Below are positions 28,037 to 39,200 of a stretch of DNA of 64,000 bases, piece after piece (position 1 is the first letter of the stretch; every line of letters begins with the position of its first letter). The position numbers and the translations under genes were made by a program. The stretch covers positions 64,001 to 128,000 of the IMG/VR virus record IMGVR_UViG_3300031999_000001, one strand, 5' to 3'. This DNA comes from a virus (lineage: Duplodnaviria > Heunggongvirae > Uroviricota > Caudoviricetes). The notes below the pieces were generated by a model. The model did not search any database and was not told the DNA's origin. It saw only the letters and a list, made by a program, of their open reading frames with translations.

Positions 28037-30862
28037 TTATTTTTTATGTTTTTCTTTAATTTTATTAATTACTTCACCTAATACCGATTCTTCAATATTT
28101 GATTTATAATCTTCGTTATCCATTACTTTAACAATTTCTTTACGCTTGCTTTCAATAGCTGAAAATACATAATCATCGATAGTATCTCTAAAAATTAATG
28201 GATAAATATTTACAATTGCTTTTTGACCAATTCTATGAAGACGATCAGAAACTTGGTCATAATCACCCACGCTGTATGGTAATGTTATTAAAAATAATTT
28301 ACTTGCTGCTGTTAAAGTCAGACCATATCCACATGTTTGTATTGAACCTAAAAAAACTTTCATGCTACTATTTGGGTCTTGAAATGTTTTAACTATTTCT
28401 GCACGTTCTTCATCAGTTTGGTCACCAGTATGTAATCCAGCAATATCACCAAGTTTTTTCTTTAATTGTTGTATTGATTCTTTAAAAAAATCAACAACTA
28501 CAATTTTTTCGCCCGTTTCTAAAATATTCTCAATTAATTCAATAACTGGTTTGATTTTTAAATGTGATGTATATTGTCTTAAACGCAACATTGTTGTTAA
28601 CGGATTCCCATTTGGATGCATCACAAAATCATTTGCAACACCCTCTTCAATTTCATTGTACATATCATATTCATTTTCTTCCATTTCCAACATAACTCTC
28701 TGATAAATTTTATCTGGAAGGTCTTTCAAAACCTCAAATTTTCTTTTTCTATGTGTGAATGGTGCAATTTTATGATAAAGTTCTTCAAATTTTGCTTCTA
28801 CATTATCAGTTATATAACCCCAACCACCATAAATATCATAAGACATTCCACAATAATATTCCATAAAATATTTTTTTGTGGCAAAATCTATTGGTGATAT
28901 TTGATTTAAAACTGTATATAATTCATGCGCTCTATTGGGAGCAGGAGTTCCTGATAAGAAAATTTTACTAATTTTTTCGTTTTTAAATATTGTTTTATTA
29001 AATATTCTTTTAAAATTTTTATAAGTATTGGCTTTTGTATTTTTCAATTTTGCACACTCATCTGCAATAATCACATCAATTTTATTAAGTTTTAATTTCT
29101 CCCATTTTGTTAAAAATTTTTCTTTATTACTTGAATTAAAAAAATCATAATTGATTATTATATATTTAGCATCTTCAATTGAACATTTATTTTTTCTCCA
29201 ATTTACAATATGTGAATTACTTTTTGTAAATTTTTCGACTTCATTATAAAAATTAAATTTTAATGAGTTTGGAGTAATAACCACAACTTTTTCAAAATTA
29301 TTCATTTCAACATAAAGTATTGCCGAAAGTGTATTATGTGTTAATATACAGTGGTCTATAACATATAATTGGTCTTTAGAATCAACCATAATGCATTGTG
29401 CCTCTTTTTTTCCAACATATTTAACACCAGAAATTGCTCTATTAGGTAAATATTTTGTTGGTGCTATAAAATTATTAATTTTTCTTTTTAATTTAAACGG
29501 TATAAATTTTGATGGTAATTTGATATATAATCTATAATATAATCTTTTTTCTCCATTATACATCACCCACTTATCATGAAGTCTTCCAATACCACCTAAT
29601 GATTGAACAATAAATTGAACATCATCAATTAATTGTTTTGATGCCAATGTTATTTCAATAAATCCTTGTCGTTTGCTTACATGACCATCAGTATCTAAAA
29701 TACCTTGTAATAATTCTAATCTTTGATTAATTGATGCAAATTTAAAATCATTTGGAATAAATTTGGTGTACGAATTACATCCCTTTAAATTATATATTTT
29801 TAATGCTTGATTAATATAATTATTTTTACCATCAGCAGTCAAATAATAATCTTTTAAAGATTTTCCATTATGCACCATATTATGATTATTAGGTAATCTT
29901 ATTGTAATTTCATCAATAATTTCTTTGTCAAATGAACTAAAACCAATACCATTTAATACAGTTATACTTCCATCACCTAAGATACAACCTAATACATAAG
30001 GATTTATCTTTAATTCTTTTTCTTCAAATTCGATTGGTTTAACTATTGGAATATAATGTTTATGATTACCATTTTTAAATGTCAATCCTTCATTCATTAT
30101 TTCATTTAATGTTTTGGTCATAAATGGATTTTTTCTCCAATTTCTAATATATGTATTTACATTCCATAAATGTTCATCACATGATTGTGCTGAAGTACCG
30201 TCATTAAAACAAACTTCATATATATCTTTTATTCCTTGCGGATAGACACCTAATACTTTTTTCGGTTTACCATCACTTCCAATTACAAAATTACCTACTT
30301 TTATATCACCCATTTTAATCCATCCATTTGGTGTAAGTAATTTAGAATCAAGCGGATTCGCTTTTCCTGTCCCCATCTCGTGGGAAATCAATGTGTTACG
30401 TGTAACATTCATAAACATTGCAGCTACAATTTGATGAGGATAAAGTATCACTCCTTCATTTACCAATGCATGCATTTTATCTGAATATTGAATATAATTT
30501 TGTTCAAGTTCCAGTTTATATTTAACCCAATGTTCTTTTTTAATATTTAAATCAGCAATGAATTTACGTTTTTCTTCTTCGGCAATTTCTATTTTTTTAA
30601 TTTGTTGAATAAAAACTTTTCGACTATCTTCGTTTCCAAAATCAAAATGAATTTTATTTGAACCCTTATATTTTTTAATAAGAGATAATAACGATGGTGT
30701 TGTGACTTCCCATGCCATATCCATTGCGTTCCATTTTCTTGTTTCTTCTGGAAGGTCTTTTATGCGTTTAACAAGCTGGTCATTATAAAAAAATCTCAGA
30801 TAATATGCTAATCTTCTTGAGATTCGTTCGCAATGCACCGTGAAAACCGATAGTTCTTGCAT
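28037..30862 (-). CDS. SNF2-family helicase with HARP-like N-terminus, interrupted by an intein
   Basis: LYPHQ, HEMGTGK/T, ITPNSL, DECAKLKN, LSGTPAPN, GYGLTLTAA, QVSDRLHRIGQ. Confidence 0.85.
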   Translation of the reverse strand: MQELSVFTVHCERISRRLAYYLRFFYNDQLVKRIKDLPEETRKWNAMDMAWEVTTPSLLSLIKKYKGSNKIHFDFGNEDSRKVFIQQIKKIEIAEEEKRKFIADLNIKKEHWVKYKLELEQNYIQYSDKMHALVNEGVILYPHQIVAAMFMNVTRNTLISHEMGTGKANPLDSKLLTPNGWIKMGDIKVGNFVIGSDGKPKKVLGVYPQGIKDIYEVCFNDGTSAQSCDEHLWNVNTYIRNWRKNPFMTKTLNEIMNEGLTFKNGNHKHYIPIVKPIEFEEKELKINPYVLGCILGDGSITVLNGIGFSSFDKEIIDEITIRLPNNHNMVHNGKSLKDYYLTADGKNNYINQALKIYNLKGCNSYTKFIPNDFKFASINQRLELLQGILDTDGHVSKRQGFIEITLASKQLIDDVQFIVQSLGGIGRLHDKWVMYNGEKRLYYRLYIKLPSKFIPFKLKRKINNFIAPTKYLPNRAISGVKYVGKKEAQCIMVDSKDQLYVIDHCILTHNTLSAILYVEMNNFEKVVVITPNSLKFNFYNEVEKFTKSNSHIVNWRKNKCSIEDAKYIIINYDFFNSSNKEKFLTKWEKLKLNKIDVIIADECAKLKNTKANTYKNFKRIFNKTIFKNEKISKIFLSGTPAPNRAHELYTVLNQISPIDFATKKYFMEYYCGMSYDIYGGWGYITDNVEAKFEELYHKIAPFTHRKRKFEVLKDLPDKIYQRVMLEMEENEYDMYNEIEEGVANDFVMHPNGNPLTTMLRLRQYTSHLKIKPVIELIENILETGEKIVVVDFFKESIQQLKKKLGDIAGLHTGDQTDEERAEIVKTFQDPNSSMKVFLGSIQTCGYGLTLTAASKLFLITLPYSVGDYDQVSDRLHRIGQKAIVNIYPLIFRDTIDDYVFSAIESKRKEIVKVMDNEDYKSNIEESVLGEVINKIKEKHKK
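29333..30361 (-). mobile_element. 343-aa class 3 intein with LAGLIDADG homing endonuclease, inserted in the Walker A motif
   Basis: GTGK|ANPLDSKLLTP...ILTHN|TLSA; Ala1, block B EHLW, block F QCIMV, block G THN, Thr+1; endonuclease motifs LGCILGDG and LQGILDTDG. Confidence 0.9.
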
Positions 30863-30881
30863 AATCTAAATCAATATCATG

Positions 30882-30912
30882 CAAAGGTAATTAAAATTTT
30901 ATAATTGTCAAG
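30882..30912 (-). promoter_or_regulatory. Bacteroidota sigma70-type promoter for the helicase-queC-pol block
   Basis: TACCTTTG (-7 consensus TAnnTTTG) at 30889..30882, with (C)TTG about 19 nt upstream. Confidence 0.6.
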
Positions 30913-30914
30913 GA

Positions 30915-31334
30915 TTATATAACAGTGGTCTTAGTTAACGAATCAGAAATAATAATATTAATTTGACCATTAACTGGCAATTTTATTTTACCGCAACCAA
31001 TATTTTCACCCAAAAAATCAAGACAAAATTCACCATAAAATCTACCTGCTTTTGATGTTTGCAATAAGTTAAACCTATACATTAATGTATAATATTCTTC
31101 ATTAGGATAACTTTTTCTATCTTTATTAACAACAAGATTTGCCGGAACATTAGCAATACGATATAATCCAGTATCAGCATCTTGCATTGAGAATGTAACC
31201 GCTACATTTTCAAGCATATCATCACTGATATCATACTTTTCTCTTACTTGTTGTATGAGTGGATACTTTAATTCAGGAAGTGTACTGTCCTTCTTAATGA
31301 AAAAGTTGTTAATATTAAATGTACTGTAATCCAT
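30915..31334 (-). CDS. BppU-N-like Ig-fold baseplate/tail adaptor protein
   Basis: IKKDSTLP...VTFSM...MYRF...T.KAGRFYGEF...KLP pattern. Confidence 0.45.
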   Translation of the reverse strand: MDYSTFNINNFFIKKDSTLPELKYPLIQQVREKYDISDDMLENVAVTFSMQDADTGLYRIANVPANLVVNKDRKSYPNEEYYTLMYRFNLLQTSKAGRFYGEFCLDFLGENIGCGKIKLPVNGQINIIISDSLTKTTVI

Positions 31335-31741
31335 TATCCTTTGTTATCAATTGCTGGGGTAGGTTCATCGACCTTAAGTTCTGCCATTAATTTTTCTCTG
31401 TCAGCACCAAATGTTTTTACTCTCATTTTAATCGTTGCAGCAACACCGTCACCTATCATACCAAGGGTAACTGCATCAATATTTCCAAATGGATGTCCGC
31501 TTATTTCAGTATAGAATCTAAAGAGTACATATGTACATAAGATAGTCGTCAAATATCTTCTCCAGTTATCATAAAACCAGAACTTCCAACTCCATTTTTT
31601 TGGTGTGGCGGGACTTTGTATATCACGACCACTAACTTCAGTTAATCCATAAATTAAATAACCAATAATAAAAAACCACAAGTATCCAAATAATTGAATG
31701 AATGTGAAGTCGCCAAAAATTATCTTAAAAAATTCTCCCAT
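31334..31741 (-). CDS. Small membrane protein, possible holin
   Basis: Two to three hydrophobic segments and a charged C-terminus. Confidence 0.35.
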   Translation of the reverse strand: MGEFFKIIFGDFTFIQLFGYLWFFIIGYLIYGLTEVSGRDIQSPATPKKWSWKFWFYDNWRRYLTTILCTYVLFRFYTEISGHPFGNIDAVTLGMIGDGVAATIKMRVKTFGADREKLMAELKVDEPTPAIDNKG

Positions 31742-31752
31742 GATAGATATTA

Positions 31753-32460
31753 TTAATATTTAGTATAAATACCGTCAACTAAAATTGCTGATAACGCTGA
31801 CCTAAAAATATCCCAAGTGCCTTGTGTTAATGTAATTCCACTTTCTTCCATTCCTTTACCAGCATAATCATTTGTTGACATTAAGTAATCCAGTACACCA
31901 GACTTTTTATCGCCAATTGCAAGTCCGAAACGACCTAATTCTGTAAATTCATATATTAAGTCTCTGGCATTATCAAATAATACTTCTGCATCTGTTAATG
32001 ATAAATATTGTGGAACAACGAATTTCAAATAATAAATTCTTTGTTGACATGCTTCAAGCAGTCTTGCATGATATTTATGCCAAGACATCAGAACAAATCC
32101 TTGTGCCTGTTGTTGTGTATATCCTTTAGACATTAAATAAACAACAGCATTAGTTGGATTATCGCTGATATAATGTTTTATTGCTAAGTCTTTTTCTGTA
32201 TTTGTTAAGCCAGTCCAGCCTTTTGCTCTACATAGGTCACGAATTTCAAACCTGACAACCATATAATCATTAGCAGCATTTTCACCAAAAGCGTCCCAAT
32301 TGACAATTGAACTAATATCAACATAACCACTTGAAACCGTATCACCTGTTTTAATAATTTTAAATGGTTGTTTACCATTAAGGTCAGCAGTATTCCATGT
32401 TGAAATATCTACTCCAACAGATTGACCATTTATTTGATATGCTAATAATTGTTTTCTCAT
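31753..32460 (-). CDS. Hypothetical virion protein
   Basis: N-terminal domain paralogous to 32462..33214. Confidence 0.5.
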   Translation of the reverse strand: MRKQLLAYQINGQSVGVDISTWNTADLNGKQPFKIIKTGDTVSSGYVDISSIVNWDAFGENAANDYMVVRFEIRDLCRAKGWTGLTNTEKDLAIKHYISDNPTNAVVYLMSKGYTQQQAQGFVLMSWHKYHARLLEACQQRIYYLKFVVPQYLSLTDAEVLFDNARDLIYEFTELGRFGLAIGDKKSGVLDYLMSTNDYAGKGMEESGITLTQGTWDIFRSALSAILVDGIYTKY

Positions 32461-32461
32461 A

Positions 32462-33214
32462 TTATAATACTCTTATTATTTCAACTGCAATATCACTAAG
32501 TGTTGTAGTACCTGCATTATTCCAAACATCAAAACTAAATGTATGTGTTGCTGCCGTTGCAAACGTTGCATAATATACTCTCATATCGGTATAAATATCA
32601 ATAGTTTGTGGAGTTCTTATGTTCATAGTTGCCCTTGTACCCACTAAAGTACCATCTATACTAAATGTTTGATTTCCATAGTTATTTGCTGAACTACGAC
32701 TCCAGACAAAAGTTACCATAAACTTATATGTACCAATTGGTAAAGAGGTTGTTCTACCTGTCATTGCTGGTGTTGATACAATAGCACTATTTGCTATTGT
32801 ACCAGTACTTGTGAATTTATGAAAATGTGTACCATATATATTATTATCAGTTACTCCCGTAAGAACTGTTGTACCAGTAATTGCACTACCAAGTATTGTA
32901 TTACTACCAATTTTAGTCATGGTATTTATGCCGACATTCATATAATTTGCCAGCACATTATACTGCGCTTGTGTTGGTGTGCTGGGTATTAATTTAAGTA
33001 TTTCAGTTTTTTTCTGTACTTCAGTAAATCCCACAAGACTACCATAAGTATCCCACATAGTAACCGAAGATACATTGGTATAATTTGCAGGTGTACTACC
33101 AATATCTGCAATAACCTTAAATGGTGGGTTTCCACCTAACATGGTGGTATCCCATGATAAGATATCAACACCTATTTTTTGACCACCGATTGTATATGCT
33201 AATAATTTACTCAT
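32462..33214 (-). CDS. Hypothetical virion/fibre-associated protein
   Basis: N-terminus shared with 31753..32460; C-terminal beta domain resembles that of 33225..40109. Confidence 0.5.
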   Translation of the reverse strand: MSKLLAYTIGGQKIGVDILSWDTTMLGGNPPFKVIADIGSTPANYTNVSSVTMWDTYGSLVGFTEVQKKTEILKLIPSTPTQAQYNVLANYMNVGINTMTKIGSNTILGSAITGTTVLTGVTDNNIYGTHFHKFTSTGTIANSAIVSTPAMTGRTTSLPIGTYKFMVTFVWSRSSANNYGNQTFSIDGTLVGTRATMNIRTPQTIDIYTDMRVYYATFATAATHTFSFDVWNNAGTTTLSDIAVEIIRVL

Positions 33215-33224
33215 ATTCTATATT

Positions 33225-36200
33225 TTAACAAACTCTTCTTACTCTTACTGAACCAAATGTTGCACATGCAGTACCACTTGTTTCCCAAAACCAAACGTCA
33301 AAACAATGTGTACCTGCTGATAATGTGGTGTTTTTTGTTATTGCTGCTGATTGTACTGCAGATGCAGTTGACATTTTAAATAATAAATTTTTACCAACTA
33401 CGGTATTGTCAATACCAAATTTGATATTTGCTTCATTATTTGCACCAGTAACACCAAATACCCCACTAAAGTCTACTGCATACATACCTGCTGGCATTGT
33501 TGTTCCAGTTACACCAATATATTTGCAACATGTCGTAGTAGCATTTGTAACATCACCACTACGGTCAGCATATAAATATGCATTAGGTGCAGTTGATTGA
33601 ATATAATTCACACATAATGTACATGCAGTTGGATTATAAACCATTCCAGTATTACCAGTTAATACACAAGAAGTACTACCGAAGACAACCTGACATGCAC
33701 CAACTGAAGATAATTTAGTTGCGCCACTAACATTAAGTGTTGAAGCAATTGTCAAACCACCAGTCATGATATCGCCAGTTTTGGCTACCCTTGAAGTATC
33801 ACGTGGATGCACATGGTCTTGCCTACTGAATAAATTCGATGTACCAATTGCAACGGCAGCATTCATTAGAGGATTTGCAGTACCTGCTTGACTTATATAC
33901 CATGAAGTACTTGCTGCACAACTTGTGTTGTCATTCTGTGCTGCTTTACAAACATTCAATACACCAGTCATTGTACCACCACTAAGGAATAATTTAGCAG
34001 TATCTTTTGGATGTACATGGTCTGCATGTGCCCATCTTAGCGATGTGCCAATTGCTGCAGTACCATCCATTACTGGTGTTGTGTTTCCACTCTGACCGAA
34101 ATACCATGCAGTTGTTGCAATGCAAGTACTATTATCATTTGCTGCAGGGGTAACTGACCTAACAGTTCCAGTGAAAGTCGGACTGGCAATATTTGCCTTT
34201 AATCCAATTGCAGTTGAAGTATTACCACTGTAAGTATTAAATGCACTTACTGCTAATCTACTTGTATCGCTTGGATGTACATGGTCTTGTTTTGTCCATA
34301 AAGACGATGTACCAACTGCTGCAACACCATCCATTAAAGGACTTGCTGTTGCACATTGACCTATATACCATGCAGTTGTTGCAATACAAGTACTACTATC
34401 ATTAATAGTAGGAGTAACTGACCTAACCGTTCCAGTGAAAGTCGGACTTGCAATGTTTGCCTTTAACCCTATTGCTGTTGAAGTTGCGCCTGTATAAGCA
34501 TTTATCTGAGTCTTGGTATAATAAGTATTTGGAACAGTAGTTCCGGTGTATAAATTAAATGCAGATTTACTTGCAAATTGTCCGGGAGCAGTTGTTCCGG
34601 TATAAGTACTGTAAATCGAAGTCAATAATCTGTTGTTGATTGCAGTATTTGTAGTACCAGTATATGAACTAAATATACTTGTATTAAGTTTAGAATTCAA
34701 TGCAGTATTAAGTGTACCACCTGTAGTATTAACAGCAAATTGACTACCTACCCATGAAAGGCTATTTCCAGCAAGTGCACTACCACAAACACTTAATACA
34801 CCAGTATTGTATGCCAAACCAGTTCCAGCAATTGCTGAATTAACATATAAACCAGTACTGTCTGAAATTAATCCGCAGTTACTTGGTAATTTAACTGCTA
34901 CGTTGTAGTTTCCACCACTTTGTGTTACACAAATACCATTACCTGCAACAACACCCGATGCTGAAGCAAATAATACGAAGTCTGATGCATCAACACCAAC
35001 AGTTATTGGGTCAGTTGCACTTAATATCCATGAAGTATTTTTATTGGTATTACCACTGATAATAGCCATGTATGATTGAAATGCTGTGCTACCACTTGCG
35101 TAGTCTGTTGCACGTGTCATTGTAGCACCACTGCCATTATAAATATATATACCGTTTGCAGTAGCACCAGTTTGATTTTTAACAAGTATTCTTGAACCAT
35201 TTGGTGCTATAATTCCATCAATTGTTGCAGGAGCACTGCTTAAATTAATGTTTGTTGTTGTTGCAACCACAACTGCTTGTTTTGGTTCTAAGCCACCACT
35301 GTGACTATCAACATATTCTTTATCAACCAATGAACGATTTGTGAATGTCGCACCATAATTCTGACAGTATTCAATACCATGTGGTACTGCACGACTATCT
35401 GAAAATAATGCTTGTGATTGACTTATGCTTAAAAGTGTTGCATCTGTACCACCCGATGTTCTACCACGTAATGTAATTGTACCACCACTACTAAAAATAT
35501 TAATATCTTTACCTTCTGCATCATAGATATCAGTACCGTTAAATGATGAAATTGTAAATTTCTTAGCGCATAAATGGAAATTATATCCACCTGCGCCAAC
35601 TGTTGTATCTTCAGTTAATAAACCACCTAATTTAACACGGTGGCAATCTGCTTTGCTTATACCGTTTGTTGCACCAGTAACTGTTGTTTGTAAATGTGTA
35701 ACAGTACTTGCAGTATACGTATTGAAATCACTTCTTGAAGTTAATAACGGGTTAGCAGTACCACCACTGTACCATATTAAATTGCATAAACTCGTACCAA
35801 TCAATGTTGTATTAACAGGCAAATTAGGACTACCCGTAAATTGTGGACTTTCTAAGAAAGCAAAAGTTTTTCTTGCACTTCCGGTTGTAATTGTACCGTA
35901 ATAAGCATCAGTAAGAAATTCTACTGCACCCGCTTGAGTTGTACTGAGCAATGTTCCACTTGTGAATTTTAACGGTGCTATTGTACTTGTACCCGCCTTT
36001 AGTGTTATTGTTGCGGATGGTGTAATGCCAAAACCAGTACCTGCTTCGGATATCCTCACCTTTTCAGTTAGTGTAGAATTATTTGCTGTCTTGAATACAA
36101 TATCCGCATAACAAGTAATACCATTACCAGTATAATAAGTTTCAATCGATGTAAGCGTAGTACCGAGATTGTTAACACGTGCTCTTGAACAGATATGACT

Positions 36201-39200
36201 GATATTATCACCATTTAGTACGCTTGTAGCAACATCTAACGTACCTCTGGTTTTTGCAATAGCAATACCACCACTAATTGCATCATCACTTGACAACCTG
36301 ATTCTCATGTCAACTTCAGAACTACAATTTGAATCTATTTCAAATAAACTATTACTCAATCCACAAGTCACATCAACAGAATTACCGCAGTTAATTTGTA
36401 ACATATTGCTACCACTAACATTTCCACCACCAATATTCGTTCTACCAAGACTATCAACATAGAAACTCGGTTTGAAGTCAGATGGCGAAGTTAAAACTGC
36501 AAGTCTGTAGTTACCACCACGTGCAAAACTATTTGCAATTGGGGCAACAGTAGCATTGGTTGTAGTTCTTAATCTTATCCAATATAATAAATAACCGTCT
36601 TTTACTAAATTTGACATGTATGCTGGTATCCAACCTGTCATACTTGAAGTTTCCCAAGTGATATTACCACTTCTGATTAAATTAAAAGTATTGTCAACAT
36701 AAGCATTATTGTTTGCAGTTATATTCACCCAAGTATTACCACTCAAATATTCGGCAATTAATGTCACACCCAATGCATGATTATCAAGGTTGACAAATAT
36801 ACTGTTGAGTTTATCAAGTGTTCCAAAATATATTGCATTGTTCGTTACACCAGTGTTGAACATTGTAATTACACTGCCATATGTACTACTGTTTGCTTCA
36901 GCAGTAACATCAGTATATGTAATTGCACTTGCAGTATAGTTCAATGTTTGCTGAACCTCAGTAAATCTGTTTGGAGTTATTACGAATGTTCCTATTGGAA
37001 GTTGTGCAAATGCCCCAAACACATATGTTGTACCCAAAGTATGACCAGTTAATTTATCAAACCTAACACTTACACCATATTGGATTTCAGTTGGTACATA
37101 ATCTAAATTAATACTTGCTGACCAACCACCAAAGGTCTGACCTTCATCAGTACTTGCTCTCCAATGGAAAGTATCTGTTGCACCAGTAATTGTATCAATT
37201 TCAATCTGATAAATACCTGTGTAGTCTTGAGTATAATATCCACTAACCTTCAAATCATTCGGACCGCCTGTTTCAAGCAGGGCATGATATGCCATGATGT
37301 TGGTTTGGTTATTAACACCGACTCTACCCGTATCTGAAACCGTTAATTGGTTGATATGACCCTGTGGACTACTTAAATACCAGAATTTACCGTTTTCGCA
37401 CCTGTAAATTTGTGCAGCAAACTTAGGCACACCCTCAGATGCCCATTGAATATCTTTATCAGTGTTAAACGTACCGTCAAGTCTTATGCCGTTAGTCTGA
37501 TAGTTCCAACCATCACCCTCAACAGCATTAGCACCATATAAATGTACCAATGTTTCTGGTATAACAGTACCAAAACCTGTGAAACCACTTTTTGAATTAA
37601 ACGTTACCAAAACAGTTCCACCAGTTGCACCGATGATTTTTAAAGTATCCAAACCATCATTCAAAGGCTGAATTGTATTTGTCTTAACACCATCAGCATA
37701 TAGTGTACCTGCTGGTAAGAAAACATTACCAGTGAAAACAGGGTCATTTAAATATGCAAAAGTCTGACGAGTATTGCCAGTATCTGTAATATATGTGAAA
37801 AAGCCATCAAATTCCATTGCACCTGCTTGTGGACTACTAAGTAAACTGCCTTGGGTAAATTTCAAAGGTGCAATTAAACTTGTACCAGCCTTTAATGTTA
37901 TAACTGCAGTTGGTGTTATGCCAAAACCATTTGTACCATTTGCAGCAAATCTTACTTTTTCACTTGGATTTCCACCACATGCAGTATTAAAAGTTATATC
38001 TGCAACCTGTGAACTACCATCACCAGTATATTGTGCACAAATATTTGCTAATTCTTTACCTAATGTTCCAATACGACCTCTGTATCTAACAAGACCAATT
38101 GTATCACCATTTACAATACCTGTTGGTATATCTAATGTTCCTCTTGATTTAAATAAAGTAAAAGCACCACCACAAGCATCATTACTACTTAATTTTATTT
38201 TAAAATCAACCTCACAACTGCATTGTGAGTCAATTTCAACCAAACTATGATTTGCACTTGCACTTGGCTGTACAAAACCTTCCTTATTTATTTGAAGTAA
38301 GTTTGTATCAGTAATATTACCACCACCGATGTTCACACGACCTAATGAATCAACATAATAACTCGGACGATAATCATTGAATGAATTATAAACACTAAAT
38401 CTTTTATCATTGCCAACACTTATTGTATGTGCTTCAGGTGCAATAGTAGGATTAGTACTTGTACGAATTCTTATCCAATATAATTCAGAACCTTCTTTAG
38501 TTAAATCAGGTATAAATGCTTTCACCCAACCAGTCATGTGGTTTGGTGTCCAAATGATTCGACCAGACTTTGTTAGGTTTTCAGTAGAATCGATTAAACC
38601 GTAATCATTAAAATTCATTGCAATCCATGAAGTACCGTTCCAATATTCAGTAATAAGCACAATACTTGCACCAATTTGGTGCAAGTTGAAGAATATTGAA
38701 TTTATTTGTACTGTTGTACCCCAATAAAATGCCTGTAGTGTTCCACCAGTACCAGTATCGAAAACCGTGAATTTACTGTCGTAAAATCCACCGTTTGCTA
38801 ACGCAGTTAAGTCTTGATATGTAATTGTTGGTGCAAGATAATCATCTGTATGTTGAACCTCTGCAAAACCCATTGGTGCAAGACTCAGTGTTGCTTGAGG
38901 AATTTGTGTAAATGCACCGAATTCCCAGATATTACCAACAGTATGTCCATTTACACTACCAAAGGCAATATAAACACCAAATTCAATAAGTGTTGCACCT
39001 GTTGTACAAGCACTCAATGGTGAATAACTACCATAAGTTACACCGCCATCAATACTTTTCTTCCACTTCCATTCATCTGTTGCACCTGTGCTTGCTATTT
39101 CAATACGATACACTGCATTATAATTCTCGGTATAATTACCACTGATTGTTAAGTCAGATAAACCCGTACCGACAATTTGAGCAGCATCATCATCTATTAA

